Part shown: in pieces, positions 1-9,272 of the stretch
Numbering within the stretch: position 1 is the stretch's first letter
Layout: each line of letters opens with the position of its first letter
Assembly (NCBI GenBank): GCA_963742025.1
Contig: CAVUKF010000001.1
Span: 2,987 to 66,986 of the forward strand
Length of the DNA: 64,000 bases
From: an uncultured Solirubrobacterales bacterium
Lineage (GTDB): Bacteria > Actinomycetota > Thermoleophilia > Solirubrobacterales > Solirubrobacteraceae
Reading direction: 5' to 3'
The notes under the pieces: model-generated
What the model was told of the DNA's origin: nothing
The model's database searches: none
What the model saw: only the letters and a program-made list of their open reading frames with translations
Position numbers and translations under genes: made by a program

Positions 1-310
1 GCTTGCCGAGGCTGTCGAGCGCCCGGATCGCAGACATGACGAGCTTGAAGTCGGACTCGTCGACGAACTGGTGGATCTCCCTGTCCGCCTTCTCAGTCGT
101 GGTGAAGACACCTTCCGAGACCCCCTGCCAGTAGGCGTGCTGGAACACGCACCCCGAGACGCCGCCGCCGGGCTTGACCCAGCAACCAACCGTCAGACCG
201 CAGTTGGAGGTCTGGATCCCCCGAAGCGCGAGTTGCAACAGCTGGCGTCCCTGCTCCTGCGCCGCAAGCGCCTCCAGTTGGTTGCGGGCGTTCGTCTCCT
301 CACGGGTCAT
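1..310 (-). CDS. hypothetical protein, 5' part only (runs off window start)
   Basis: Translated by hand: MTREETNARNQLEALAAQEQGRQLLQLALRGIQTSNCGLTVGCWVKPGGGVSGCVFQHAYWQG...; AGGAG RBS upstream; open to base 1; 33 bp downstream of pduE. Confidence 0.7.
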   Translation of the reverse strand, partial: MTREETNARNQLEALAAQEQGRQLLQLALRGIQTSNCGLTVGCWVKPGGGVSGCVFQHAYWQGVSEGVFTTTEKADREIHQFVDESDFKLVMSAIRALDSLGK

Positions 311-343
311 CTGCACATCTCCTATCGCTGGCCTACCGAGATC

Positions 344-742
344 TTATGCGATCAAACCGCGTCGCGTATAGGCCGCGCGGGCTTCGCGAACGAGATCGGC
401 GCACCGCTCTGCACCGCGCTGAGCGAGCGTCGCTGCGAGCGCGTCCAGCTCCTGCGCAGACGAGCGGCCTGGGCGGAGCATCTCGTAGAAATGGAGCAGT
501 TCGTCGTCCCCGAAAGAGACCAGCTCGGCCGCGCGGCGAAGGTTGTCACCGAGTTGGGGGTTACCGCCGCGCTGTGCGAAATCGGCCTGGAGGCGAAGCG
601 TCTGCGCCGAGACGGTCAGATCGCCGGGATCCAGACGCCCTGAGACCGCCTCATCGAGGGTGATCTCGGCGACGGTCCTGCCTGTGGCCGAGCGCACCTC
701 GGAGCGTGCCGTGGCGCCGAGCGGATAGCTCAGCTCGGCCAT
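344..742 (-). CDS. pduE: B12-dependent diol/glycerol dehydratase small (gamma) subunit
   Basis: YPL...TGR...ITL, TLRLQA, NLRRAAEL...DDELL.FY..LRPGRSS, REA..AY.RRG motifs; overlaps the end of the large subunit. Confidence 0.92.
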   Translation of the reverse strand: MAELSYPLGATARSEVRSATGRTVAEITLDEAVSGRLDPGDLTVSAQTLRLQADFAQRGGNPQLGDNLRRAAELVSFGDDELLHFYEMLRPGRSSAQELDALAATLAQRGAERCADLVREARAAYTRRGLIA

Positions 743-2961
743 GTCGCCTCGAGTTCGACGGGCTCGATGTCCTGCGCCAGCCGGCGCTCGATCGCAACCA
801 GCTGGACGACGCGCGCGTGATATCGAGGTCCGAGTGGCTCGCTTGACTCCGGAAGCAGCAGTGGCTCGGGCGCCAGGCCCTTCGCGTAGCGCGCGGCGTT
901 GCCCCCGAGTCGACGGTATAGCTCAGGCGTGACCCGGGGCGCGATCGAGAAGAGCTCAAGGTTCGCGAGCGGTGGCAGGTCCGCCCGGTGGATCAGCGCC
1001 GTTCCCTTGGCCTGGAGCCCCAGCGAGACTCCCGACCCCGACAGCCGGGCAGCCGTGGAGCCGATCGAGCCGAGGTCGATCGACCGCCGCACACGCACAA
1101 GTCGGGCCTCGAGCCCCTCCTCCTCGATGCCGGCCAGGATCTGGCGCAGGACGCCGGCGACCGTCATCCCGTTCAGCGCCACCCAGATCTCGGTGCCGAA
1201 CGCGGGCGACAGGCCGACGACGATCTCATCCGGGCGCTCGCCCGCGACCGCCGGGCCGATCTCCCGTAGCAGCACGCAGCCGGCGCCGCGAGCCTGCTCG
1301 GAGGCGAGATCCGAAGGTGACCAGACCTGGCGGACCTGAGCCACCTCGCGGCGGCGGCTCGGGGACATGCGGTAGCCGGTGCCCGGCCCCGCATAGTCGT
1401 TGGGGTCGGTCAGCGACGAGAGGACATTCATCTCCGCGTCAAGGATCGCCGAGGTCTGCAGCACGTCGCCGAGGAGCCGCTGGCGAATCATTTCGAGAAC
1501 GCGCTCGGCTTCGAGCTCGTAGCCGCGCCCGGCGAGCGCGACCACCGCGTGAAGGGCGGTGAGCCCACCCTCCATGATCCGTTCTGAGGCGAGACCCGGA
1601 AGGTCGGTCGGTGGCGCCGGAACGTCCAGGCTCCCGTGGGCGTAGACGCAGGCATCGACGTCATCGTCGGTGAACTCAGCAAGCTCGAGCTCCTCGAAGA
1701 CAGCGCGGCAGGCCTCGGCGGCGCGGCGGCGTACAGCGAGCAGTTCGGCATCCTCGCGCCACCGCAGTCCACCCTCGAACCCCCAGTCGCGCTGGACCAC
1801 GAAATAGTCGTCGAGATCCTCCGCGTTCATGTTCGACGGTCCGAACGCGTTGTCGTAGGCCGGAATCGAGCCGAAGCCGGAGAACAGAAAATCGCTGCCG
1901 GCCAGCAGCAAAGGCAGGGTGTGGGCGGTGCGCCGGATGTCGGACGCCGACATCAGCGTGTCGTTGCCGGTGCACGACTCAAGGTCGTGGAGCATCACGC
2001 AGAGGTTCTCTGCGATCACCTCACGCATGCCGTCTGGCACCGAGGCGGTGACGTTGACGCCGTCGATCCCTCCGTTCTGCACGCCCTGCGAGCCGGCTGC
2101 ACGAGTCAGCGCGATGCACCGCGCCTCGAGGTAGAGCATCGACTTGCCCTCGCTCGCCCCCATCAACACCTCTGCTCCCGAGCCGGAGGTGAAACGCATC
2201 TTCAATCCGCGCGAGGCATAGCAGGAGGCGAGGAATGCCTTGGACCAGGGTGTGTCGTCGCCGTCGACGAACACCTGCTCGGTGCCGTAGACCGAGACCG
2301 TCTCGGCGTAGGTCGTTAGCCCGCGCATGCCGAGCTCCAGCTCCGTTCGCTCCTCCACGGAGCATTGCGTCAGGGCTCCCGGCTGCCCGACCTGGCTGCC
2401 GATCAGAAGCGCCAGCGCGTTCGACGGAGCGTCGCGCAGGACCGGCACGGTCGTCTCGAGCTCCCTGAACCCGAGCGCAACGGCGGACGCGGCATCGGCG
2501 GCGATCAGGAGCGGATGGTCGACGCGGTTGGTCACATGCGCCTGGATCGATGGGGTCTTGCGGACACGCATCTTCTGGATCGCCTGAAGGATCTCCACCG
2601 GTCTAAGGAGGGCGAGTGTCGCCGCGACCTTGGCGGGGGTCATACCGGCCGTCAGCCGCACGACCTCGGCCCTCGGGAAGCCGGGGTCGACGATCATCCG
2701 GGCGAAGTCGAGCGTCGGGATCGCCATCGCCTCGTCGGCCATGGCCAGGTCGATGCCGTGTCTGGCGATGAACTCATCGAGCAGGTCGAACTCGGCCTCG
2801 GGCTTGCCGTCAAGCTCCACGATCCGACCGTCCTCGATCCGCAGGGAGGCCTCCGGGTCCGATGGGCTCGAGAAGGCGATCAGCCCGAGCGCCGGCTCCT
2901 CAGGCACGACGTTGTCCGCGCTGATCGGGCGGTTGGCGAGGAACTCGGTCCGGGCGGACAC
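730..2961 (-). CDS. pduCD: B12-dependent diol/glycerol dehydratase, fused large (alpha) + medium (beta) subunit
   Basis: QAHVTN, ETTV, YAETVSVYGTE, DGDDTPWSKAFLASCYASRGLKMRFTSGSG, NDYAGPGTGYR; then beta-subunit motifs EIVVGLSPAFG, GIEEEG, SGSGVSLGLQAKGT, NLELF, NAARYAKG. Confidence 0.93.
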   Translation of the reverse strand: MSARTEFLANRPISADNVVPEEPALGLIAFSSPSDPEASLRIEDGRIVELDGKPEAEFDLLDEFIARHGIDLAMADEAMAIPTLDFARMIVDPGFPRAEVVRLTAGMTPAKVAATLALLRPVEILQAIQKMRVRKTPSIQAHVTNRVDHPLLIAADAASAVALGFRELETTVPVLRDAPSNALALLIGSQVGQPGALTQCSVEERTELELGMRGLTTYAETVSVYGTEQVFVDGDDTPWSKAFLASCYASRGLKMRFTSGSGAEVLMGASEGKSMLYLEARCIALTRAAGSQGVQNGGIDGVNVTASVPDGMREVIAENLCVMLHDLESCTGNDTLMSASDIRRTAHTLPLLLAGSDFLFSGFGSIPAYDNAFGPSNMNAEDLDDYFVVQRDWGFEGGLRWREDAELLAVRRRAAEACRAVFEELELAEFTDDDVDACVYAHGSLDVPAPPTDLPGLASERIMEGGLTALHAVVALAGRGYELEAERVLEMIRQRLLGDVLQTSAILDAEMNVLSSLTDPNDYAGPGTGYRMSPSRRREVAQVRQVWSPSDLASEQARGAGCVLLREIGPAVAGERPDEIVVGLSPAFGTEIWVALNGMTVAGVLRQILAGIEEEGLEARLVRVRRSIDLGSIGSTAARLSGSGVSLGLQAKGTALIHRADLPPLANLELFSIAPRVTPELYRRLGGNAARYAKGLAPEPLLLPESSEPLGPRYHARVVQLVAIERRLAQDIEPVELEATWPS

Positions 2962-3318
2962 CCTGACCCCGGGGTACAGCGTGTCCGGGGGATCAGAACC
3001 TGCGGTCGTCGATTGCCGCGATCCCGACGTGGCCGCGACCCTGGCTAGCCGAGCGACGAGGTCGACGCGGACCCCGCGTGGGGACGGCTCGGGCTCGGAG
3101 CGCGCGAGGAGGGCGCGTCGCGGTCGCCGTCCGCAGGATCGACGCTCGAAGGCCGATCGGGCCCCGCAGGTGCGTCGGGCGCTTGGTCACGGCCGAGGCT
3201 GCGGTCGAGTCCGACCCAGGAGCGGCCGACGCAGCAACTGCGCCCCGCGAGACACACATATCGATCGACCCAGGCGATCGTTGCGCGCATGGTCGGCATC
3301 ACATGTCAGGGTATCACC

Positions 3319-4431
3319 ATGCGGCTCGGCCTCATCGTCAACCCGGTCGCCGGCATGGGCGGTCGCCTGGCATACAAGGGGAGCGACGACGCCGCGCTCG
3401 TGGCGGCGGCGCTTGCGCGCGGTGAGCTGCCGGTCGCGCCTGCACGGGCGGTCCAGGCGCTGGCACCGCTCGCGGCGCTCGGCATCCGGATCGAACTGCT
3501 GGCCTGCGGCGGCGAGATGGGCGAGCGCGAGGCGGTGGCCGCGCAGCTTGCGCCGACCGTGATCGGCGTCGCCACCGGGCGCACGACATCCGCGCGGGAC
3601 ACGCGCGCAGCCGCCGCGGTGATGGCCGAGCGGGGGGTTGACCTGCTTCTGTTCGCCGGCGGCGACGGGACCGCTGTGGACATCTTCGAGGCGATCGGCG
3701 ATCAGGTCCCGGTCCTGGGCATCCCCGCAGGGGTGAAGATGCACTCGGCCGTGTTCGCGATCAACCCGAGAAGCGCCGGCGAGCTGATCGCGCGCCTGGC
3801 GCGCGAGGGAGTTCGCAGGCTGCGTCCGGCGGAGGTGATGGACGTTGACGAGGCGCTGCTCCGGGCAGGGTCGGTGTCGGCGCGCCTGCACGGGTTTCTC
3901 AACGTTCCGGATGAGCGCCGCCATCTGCAGAGCGCGAAGGCTCGCTCGCTCGGCAGCGAAGCGGCCGCCCAGGAGGAGATCGCCCACCACCTGATCGACA
4001 ACGTGCTGGGTGAGCGCACCTGGCTGATCGGCCCGGGCACGACAACGGGCGCGCTGCTGTCGCTGCTCGGACTCGACAAGACCCTGCTCGGCGTCGACGT
4101 CGTCCGCGCCGGGGCGTGTCTGATCCGCGACGCCGACGAACGGACGCTGTTGGATCGCCTCGCGGTCGAGGATGCGGGGATCGTCGTGACACCGGTCGGC
4201 GGGCAGGGGTTCCTGTTCGGTCGCGGCAACCAGCAGCTCTCCGCCGCCGTCATCAAGCGGGTCGACATCAAGCGGATCGTCGCGGTGGCGACCGAAGCGA
4301 AGATCGCGCGGCTTGGAGGCGCCCCCCTCCGAGTCGACACCGGCGACCCAGAGATCGATGCAAATCTTGCCGGCTACATACGTATGGTTACCGGCTACAA
4401 CCGTGAGATCGTCTATCCGGTCGACGGTTGA
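3319..4431 (+). CDS. ATP-NAD kinase-like protein (COG3199/AcoX-like)
   Basis: GLIVNPVAGMGG...KGSD, FAGGDGTA, GIPAGVKMHSAVFA, GGQGFLFGRGNQQLS, LRVDTGD; start taken at ATG 3319. Confidence 0.85.
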   Translation: MRLGLIVNPVAGMGGRLAYKGSDDAALVAAALARGELPVAPARAVQALAPLAALGIRIELLACGGEMGEREAVAAQLAPTVIGVATGRTTSARDTRAAAAVMAERGVDLLLFAGGDGTAVDIFEAIGDQVPVLGIPAGVKMHSAVFAINPRSAGELIARLAREGVRRLRPAEVMDVDEALLRAGSVSARLHGFLNVPDERRHLQSAKARSLGSEAAAQEEIAHHLIDNVLGERTWLIGPGTTTGALLSLLGLDKTLLGVDVVRAGACLIRDADERTLLDRLAVEDAGIVVTPVGGQGFLFGRGNQQLSAAVIKRVDIKRIVAVATEAKIARLGGAPLRVDTGDPEIDANLAGYIRMVTGYNREIVYPVDG

Positions 4432-4453
4432 TCGGCTACGAGGAGGACATTAC

Positions 4454-5848
4454 GTGAGCGATTCGCCGTCGGCCCACCCCTACATACCGAATTCTGCGCC
4501 GGACACCAGGCGCGCGATGCTCGACGCGGTCGGGGTGCAGGCCGTCGAAGAACTCTACGGCTCGATTCCCGCCCGGCTCCGCGTTCCGGGGCTGCTGAAG
4601 CTTCCGGAGCCGCTGCGCTCGGAATGCGAGCTGCGGCGCCACATGACAGGCGTCCTGCGCGCAAACGAGAGCTGTGACGAGGTGCTGAGCTTCATCGGCG
4701 GCGGGTGCTGGCCTCACTACGTCCCTGCGGTGTGCGACGAGGTTGTCAACCGTGGCGAGTTCCTGACCGCCTACTACGGCGACACCTACGGTGACCACGG
4801 GAAGATGCAGGCGCTGTTCGAGTACGCGAGCATGCTCGGGGAACTGGTCGAGTGCGACGCCGTGAGCCAGCCGACATACGATTGGGGGGCGGCGGCGGCG
4901 ACGGCGATCTGCATGGCGGCCCGCATCACCGGCCGGCGCGCCGCGCTCGTGCCGGCGTCGATCGGCGCTGAGCGGCGCTCGCTGATCGAGGGCTACTGCA
5001 AGCCCTGGGTCGACCTCGTGACGATCCCGTTTGACCCGAAGACCGGGCTGCTCGAGCTCGAGCGTGTCCGGACGGAGCTGTCGGCCGATACGGCGTGTGT
5101 CTACTACGAGATGCCCGGATTCCTCGGCATCATCGAGACGCAGGCGGAGCAGATCGCAGCGCTTGCCCGGCAGGCCGGTGCGCTGAGCGTCGTCGGCGTC
5201 GATCCGATCTCGCTCGGCGTGCTCGAGGCACCGCCACGATATGGCGCCGACATCGTCTGCGGAGAGTTGCAGCCGCTGGGGATTCACATGCATTACGGAG
5301 GCGGCCTCGCCGGATTCGTCGCCTCGCCGGACACCGAGAAGTTCGTCTCCGAGTATCCGATGTTCCTGATCGGCATCGGCCCGACGGTGGCCGAGGGCGA
5401 GTATGCCTTCGGCGAGGTCGTGTGGGAGCGCACCTCCTACGTCCAGCGCGGCGATTCAGGGGAATACACCGGCACAACCCAGAATCTGTGGGCGATCGCC
5501 GCAGGCGCCTACCTGGCGCTCGTCGGGCCGCAGGGGCTCGCAGACCTGGGCGAGGGCATCGTCCAGCGCGCCCGGTACGCGGCCGGACGCCTCGACCGGC
5601 TTCCGGGTGTCCGAGCCCCCGCGCTCGAAGCTCCGTTCTTCAAGGAGTTCGTGGTCGACATCAACGACACCGGCCGCACCGTCGACGAGGTCAACCGCGC
5701 CCTACGGGAACGGGGGATCTTCGGGGGCCTCGACCTCTCGAGCCAGTACCCGGAGCTCGGTCAGAGCACGCTTGTCTGCGTCACCGAGGTCCACACGAAG
5801 GCCGACATAGACCGGCTCGCCGACGAGCTTGCGGAGGCGCTGCGATGA
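4454..5848 (+). CDS. gcvPA: glycine decarboxylase P-protein subunit 1-like (divergent)
   Basis: AGGAGG RBS then GTG 4454; HPYIPN, SFIGGGCWPHYVP, RGEFLTAY, DPISLGVL..P..YGADIVCGELQPLG, FFKEFVV, CVTEVHTKADID. Confidence 0.85.
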   Translation: MSDSPSAHPYIPNSAPDTRRAMLDAVGVQAVEELYGSIPARLRVPGLLKLPEPLRSECELRRHMTGVLRANESCDEVLSFIGGGCWPHYVPAVCDEVVNRGEFLTAYYGDTYGDHGKMQALFEYASMLGELVECDAVSQPTYDWGAAAATAICMAARITGRRAALVPASIGAERRSLIEGYCKPWVDLVTIPFDPKTGLLELERVRTELSADTACVYYEMPGFLGIIETQAEQIAALARQAGALSVVGVDPISLGVLEAPPRYGADIVCGELQPLGIHMHYGGGLAGFVASPDTEKFVSEYPMFLIGIGPTVAEGEYAFGEVVWERTSYVQRGDSGEYTGTTQNLWAIAAGAYLALVGPQGLADLGEGIVQRARYAAGRLDRLPGVRAPALEAPFFKEFVVDINDTGRTVDEVNRALRERGIFGGLDLSSQYPELGQSTLVCVTEVHTKADIDRLADELAEALR

Positions 5849-7458
5849 CGTTGCGTCGATTCCATCAGGCCAGCTGGAACGAGCCGATCCTGTCGGAGCT
5901 CTCCAACCCCGGCGAGCGCGGAATCATCCCGCCGCGAGTCGAGCAGGAGCTCGCGGCCGCCGACCGCGATCCACTCACGAACGTCCCCGCGGCACTCCGT
6001 CGTTCGCGCCCTCCCCGCTTGCCGGAGCTCAGCCAGCCGCGCGTCCTGCGCCACTACCTGCGCCTTTCGCAGGAGACGCTCGGCAACGACGTCGACATCC
6101 ACCTCGGCCTCGGCACGTGCACGATGAAGTACAGCCCGAAGGTGAACGAGGAGCTGATCCGCTCGCCGAAGGTTGCCGACCTGCATCCGCTCCAGGATGA
6201 CGCGACGGTGCAGGGGATGCTGGAGATCATGCACGGGTTCGAGCGCATGCTCTGCGAGATCTCGGGCATGGATCGCTTCACGCTCCAGCCCGCGGGCGGG
6301 TCGCAGGGCGTCTACGCCAACGCAAGGATGATCCGCGCCTACCACGCCGCCCGCGGGGACGCGGACCGGGACGAGATCATCACGACGATCTTCTCGCACC
6401 CCTGCGACGGAGCCGGGCCGGCGACCGCCGGCTACAAGGTGATCACCGTCTACGCAGGTGAGCAGGGATACCCGGAGCCCGAGGCGATCCGCCGGGCGGT
6501 CTCCGAGCGAACGGCCGGGTTGATGATCACCAATCCCGAGGACACCGGGCTGTTCAACCCGCAGATCGACGAGATCGTCAGGATCGTCCACGAGGCCGGG
6601 GGTCTCTGCCACTACGACCAGGCCAATGCGAACGGGATCCTGGGAATCACACGCGCGCGCGAGGCCGGCTTCGATCTCTGCCAGTTCAACCTGCACAAGA
6701 CGTTCTCCTCGCCGCACTGCTCGATGGGTATGCCGGTCGGCGCCTGCGGGGTCACCGAAGAGCTTGCGCGGTTCCTGCCGACGCCGACCGTCGAGTTCGA
6801 CGGCTCGCGTTACCGGCTCGACTATCAGCGGCCTGAGTCGATCGGCAAGATCCGCTCGTTCCACGGCGTTCCGGCGACGGTCGTGCGCTCCTTCGCGTGG
6901 GTCCTCAGCCTGGGCGCCGAGGGCTTGCGAGAGGTTGCGCAGACGGCCGTGCTCAACAACAACTATCTCGCCTCGAGGCTCGCCGACATACCCGGGATCG
7001 CAGTCGCATTCGCGGAGTCAAACGGCGCGCACCGGCTGGAGCAGATCCGCTACACGCTGGAGAAACTTCAGCGGGACACCGGCGTCGGCACGCTCGACGT
7101 CGCCCGCAGAACGTCCGACTTCGGCGTCGCCAGCTACTTCGCGAGCCACGAGCCGTGGGTCGTCCCTGAGCCGATGACCCTTGAGCCGTCCGAGTCCTAC
7201 TCGCGGGCCGATCTGGACGAATACGCCGAGATCATCGCCGAGATCGTGCGCGAGGCCTACGCGAGCCCCGAGACGGTGATCGACTCCCCGTACGACAGCA
7301 CGGTTCACAAGATGGACGCCGCGCCGCACGATGACCCCGAACGGTGGGCGCTCACGTGGCGAGCCTACGTGCGCAAACGCGGCGGCGAGGGCGCGCTGGG
7401 CGGCCGGGGCGCGCTGGAGACCTCGGCCCTCGGGCAGGAGATTTCGGGCGCTCAGTAG
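5845..7458 (+). CDS. gcvPB: glycine decarboxylase P-protein subunit 2-like (PLP lysine-bearing, divergent)
   Basis: ATGA overlap with gcvPA stop; RHYLRLSQ, GTCTMKYSPK, MITNP, NLHKTFS (PLP Lys), AVLNNNYL, EPSES. Confidence 0.87.
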   Translation: MTLRRFHQASWNEPILSELSNPGERGIIPPRVEQELAAADRDPLTNVPAALRRSRPPRLPELSQPRVLRHYLRLSQETLGNDVDIHLGLGTCTMKYSPKVNEELIRSPKVADLHPLQDDATVQGMLEIMHGFERMLCEISGMDRFTLQPAGGSQGVYANARMIRAYHAARGDADRDEIITTIFSHPCDGAGPATAGYKVITVYAGEQGYPEPEAIRRAVSERTAGLMITNPEDTGLFNPQIDEIVRIVHEAGGLCHYDQANANGILGITRAREAGFDLCQFNLHKTFSSPHCSMGMPVGACGVTEELARFLPTPTVEFDGSRYRLDYQRPESIGKIRSFHGVPATVVRSFAWVLSLGAEGLREVAQTAVLNNNYLASRLADIPGIAVAFAESNGAHRLEQIRYTLEKLQRDTGVGTLDVARRTSDFGVASYFASHEPWVVPEPMTLEPSESYSRADLDEYAEIIAEIVREAYASPETVIDSPYDSTVHKMDAAPHDDPERWALTWRAYVRKRGGEGALGGRGALETSALGQEISGAQ

Positions 7459-7507
7459 CGCGATCGCCGGTTGTCGTCGCGGTCCGATTCCGATTAGACT
7501 CGGCAAC

Positions 7508-8062
7508 ATGGCGCAGGCGCTGGTCGTGATCGACATCCAGAACGAGTACTTCCCCGGCGGGGCAGTGCCGCTCCCGCACGCAGAGCGCGCCGCCGCGCAG
7601 GCTGCTGCCGCGATCGCGGCCGCTCGCTCGGCGGGCGTCGAGGTGATCCACATCCGGCACGAAGAACCGGACAGCGATGTGTATTTCGTGCCCGGAAGCA
7701 GCGGCGCGCAGACCAACAGCGCGGTCGCGCCGGTCGATGGTGAGGCCGTGGTCGTCAAGAACCACCCCAACTCGTTTCTGGACACCGACCTTGCCGAGCG
7801 CCTCGCAGCCCTCGGCGCCGCCCGGGTCGCGTTCTGCGGGATGATGACCTCGATGTGCGTCGACGCGACCGTCCGCGCCGCCGCCGACCTCGGGCTCGCA
7901 CCTGTGCTGATCGACGACGCCTGCACGGCTCCCGATCTGGAGCATCGTGGGACGAGCGTTCCCGCCGACGCTGTGCACGCGGCGTTCTGCGCGGCGCTCG
8001 GTGACGACATCGCGACCGTCGTCGACACCCGGGAATTCGCCGCCGAACCCGTGCGAGTGTGA
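7508..8062 (+). CDS. cysteine hydrolase / isochorismatase family
   Basis: ALVVIDIQNEYF, KNHPNSF, GMMTSMCVDAT; TAGACT -10 seven bases before ATG (leaderless). Confidence 0.88.
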   Translation: MAQALVVIDIQNEYFPGGAVPLPHAERAAAQAAAAIAAARSAGVEVIHIRHEEPDSDVYFVPGSSGAQTNSAVAPVDGEAVVVKNHPNSFLDTDLAERLAALGAARVAFCGMMTSMCVDATVRAAADLGLAPVLIDDACTAPDLEHRGTSVPADAVHAAFCAALGDDIATVVDTREFAAEPVRV

Positions 8063-9024
8063 GCGACACCACGGAGCTCCCGCCGGTCGAGGCTCGCTTC
8101 CGGCTCGATCAGGAGATGATGGCCGGCCCGATCTATCGGAAATACGAGAAGGCGACGCGCGCAGCGTGGGACCCGAAGGAGCTCGACTACGAAACCGACG
8201 CCGCGGATTGGGCCCGGATGACGGAGGCGCAGCGTGCCGGTGTCGCCACGATCACGGTCCGCTTCGAGGCCGGCGAAGAGCTCGTCACCGACGAGCTGCT
8301 GCCGATGCTGGCTGCGGCGCACGCACTCGGGCGCTTCGACTGGGTGATGTACATGTCGACCTTCATGCTGGAGGAGGCACGCCACTCGGAGTTCTTCACG
8401 CTCTGGCATGCGCGCGTCGCCGGCCTCCGCACGCCCGCGGAGAAGGCGGCCTACTGGCCGCTGCGCCAGCACACGGTTGACCCACTCGGCCGGTTCGCGG
8501 TCGGGGAGCCCGTCTACGAGGGTCTGCCGAAGTACGGCAAGAAGCTCATGTCCGCGGTCGCCTCGGACGACGAGGCCGCGATCGAAGCGGGCTTCGTAGA
8601 GTTCGCGACGCTCTACAACGCGTGGGTCGAGGGCGTTCTGACGATGCCCTCCTACGAAATCGTGATCGACACGACCGAGCTCTGGGACGTGCTGCCGACG
8701 CTCCGTCGCGGCTTCAGGAGAACGCTGAGCGACGAGGGCCGGCACATCACCTTCGGCACGCAGGCGTGCCGGATCCTGATCGAGAAGAACCCGGCCTACG
8801 AGGCGCTCGTGCACGCCGTGATCGACGAGTACCGCGGCAATGCGGTGGGCATGCTCGAGTACCAGCGCAACGTCCCCGGTCTCGACCTCGACAAGTACCA
8901 GCGCCAGAAGGTCCGCCACTACCTCAACCGGTGCCGTGAGATGGGGGTAACCCCGGATCAGTCGCTCGTCGATCAGATCCTTGACCCCGAGGTCGACTTC
9001 GTCGTCGGGGTGCAGGCGGGCTGA
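8059..9024 (+). CDS. R2-like ligand-binding oxidase (ferritin-like Mn/Fe protein)
   Basis: WDP, AGEELVT, EEARH, YNAWVEG, DEGRH metal ligands; the Val and Tyr of the R2lox ether cross-link are at the expected positions; no RNR R1 nearby. Confidence 0.85.
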   Translation: MSDTTELPPVEARFRLDQEMMAGPIYRKYEKATRAAWDPKELDYETDAADWARMTEAQRAGVATITVRFEAGEELVTDELLPMLAAAHALGRFDWVMYMSTFMLEEARHSEFFTLWHARVAGLRTPAEKAAYWPLRQHTVDPLGRFAVGEPVYEGLPKYGKKLMSAVASDDEAAIEAGFVEFATLYNAWVEGVLTMPSYEIVIDTTELWDVLPTLRRGFRRTLSDEGRHITFGTQACRILIEKNPAYEALVHAVIDEYRGNAVGMLEYQRNVPGLDLDKYQRQKVRHYLNRCREMGVTPDQSLVDQILDPEVDFVVGVQAG

Positions 9025-9049
9025 TGGCGCCAACGGGGAGCGCTCAGGA

Positions 9050-9229
9050 GTGAACCGTCGCTGGCTCTGCATGGAGTCGGGCTGCGAGACCGAGGTCACC
9101 GCCGGGTCCGACGAAGAGCTCGTCGAGGCCGTTAATGCCCACATGCGCGAAGCTCATGACAGCTACGAGCTCGAGGATGTGATCCTCGCCAACGCCGAAG
9201 ACCAAGCGCCGCAGGAGGCAGCATCATGA
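9050..9229 (+). CDS. small metal-binding protein (DUF1059-like)
   Basis: 59 aa VNRRWLCMESGCETEVTAGSDEELVEAVNAHMREAH: CxxxxC...DEEL...HxxxxH pattern. Confidence 0.65.
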   Translation: MNRRWLCMESGCETEVTAGSDEELVEAVNAHMREAHDSYELEDVILANAEDQAPQEAAS

Positions 9230-9272
9230 CCAACGCCGCCATTGAGGAACGGGTTCGGAACGGAGCCGGCTC

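Noticed and set aside
2962-3318. Cobalamin riboswitch or small ORFs upstream of the dehydratase
   Set aside because: No B12-box or conserved GGGAA/GCCACTG elements on the minus strand; the short ORFs lack RBS and family motifs.
4313-7458. Canonical glycine cleavage operon; 511-aa and 787-aa ORF lengths
   Set aside because: No gcvT/gcvH or riboswitch; the extensions overlap upstream genes, and real starts are 4454 and 5845.
8059-9024. Ribonucleotide reductase beta subunit
   Set aside because: Motifs fit R2lox and there is no R1 or nrdH/nrdI nearby.
7018-9144. 708-aa minus-strand ORF and similar long antisense ORFs (22429-24132, 43857-45668)
   Set aside because: Shadow frames of high-GC genes with no motifs.
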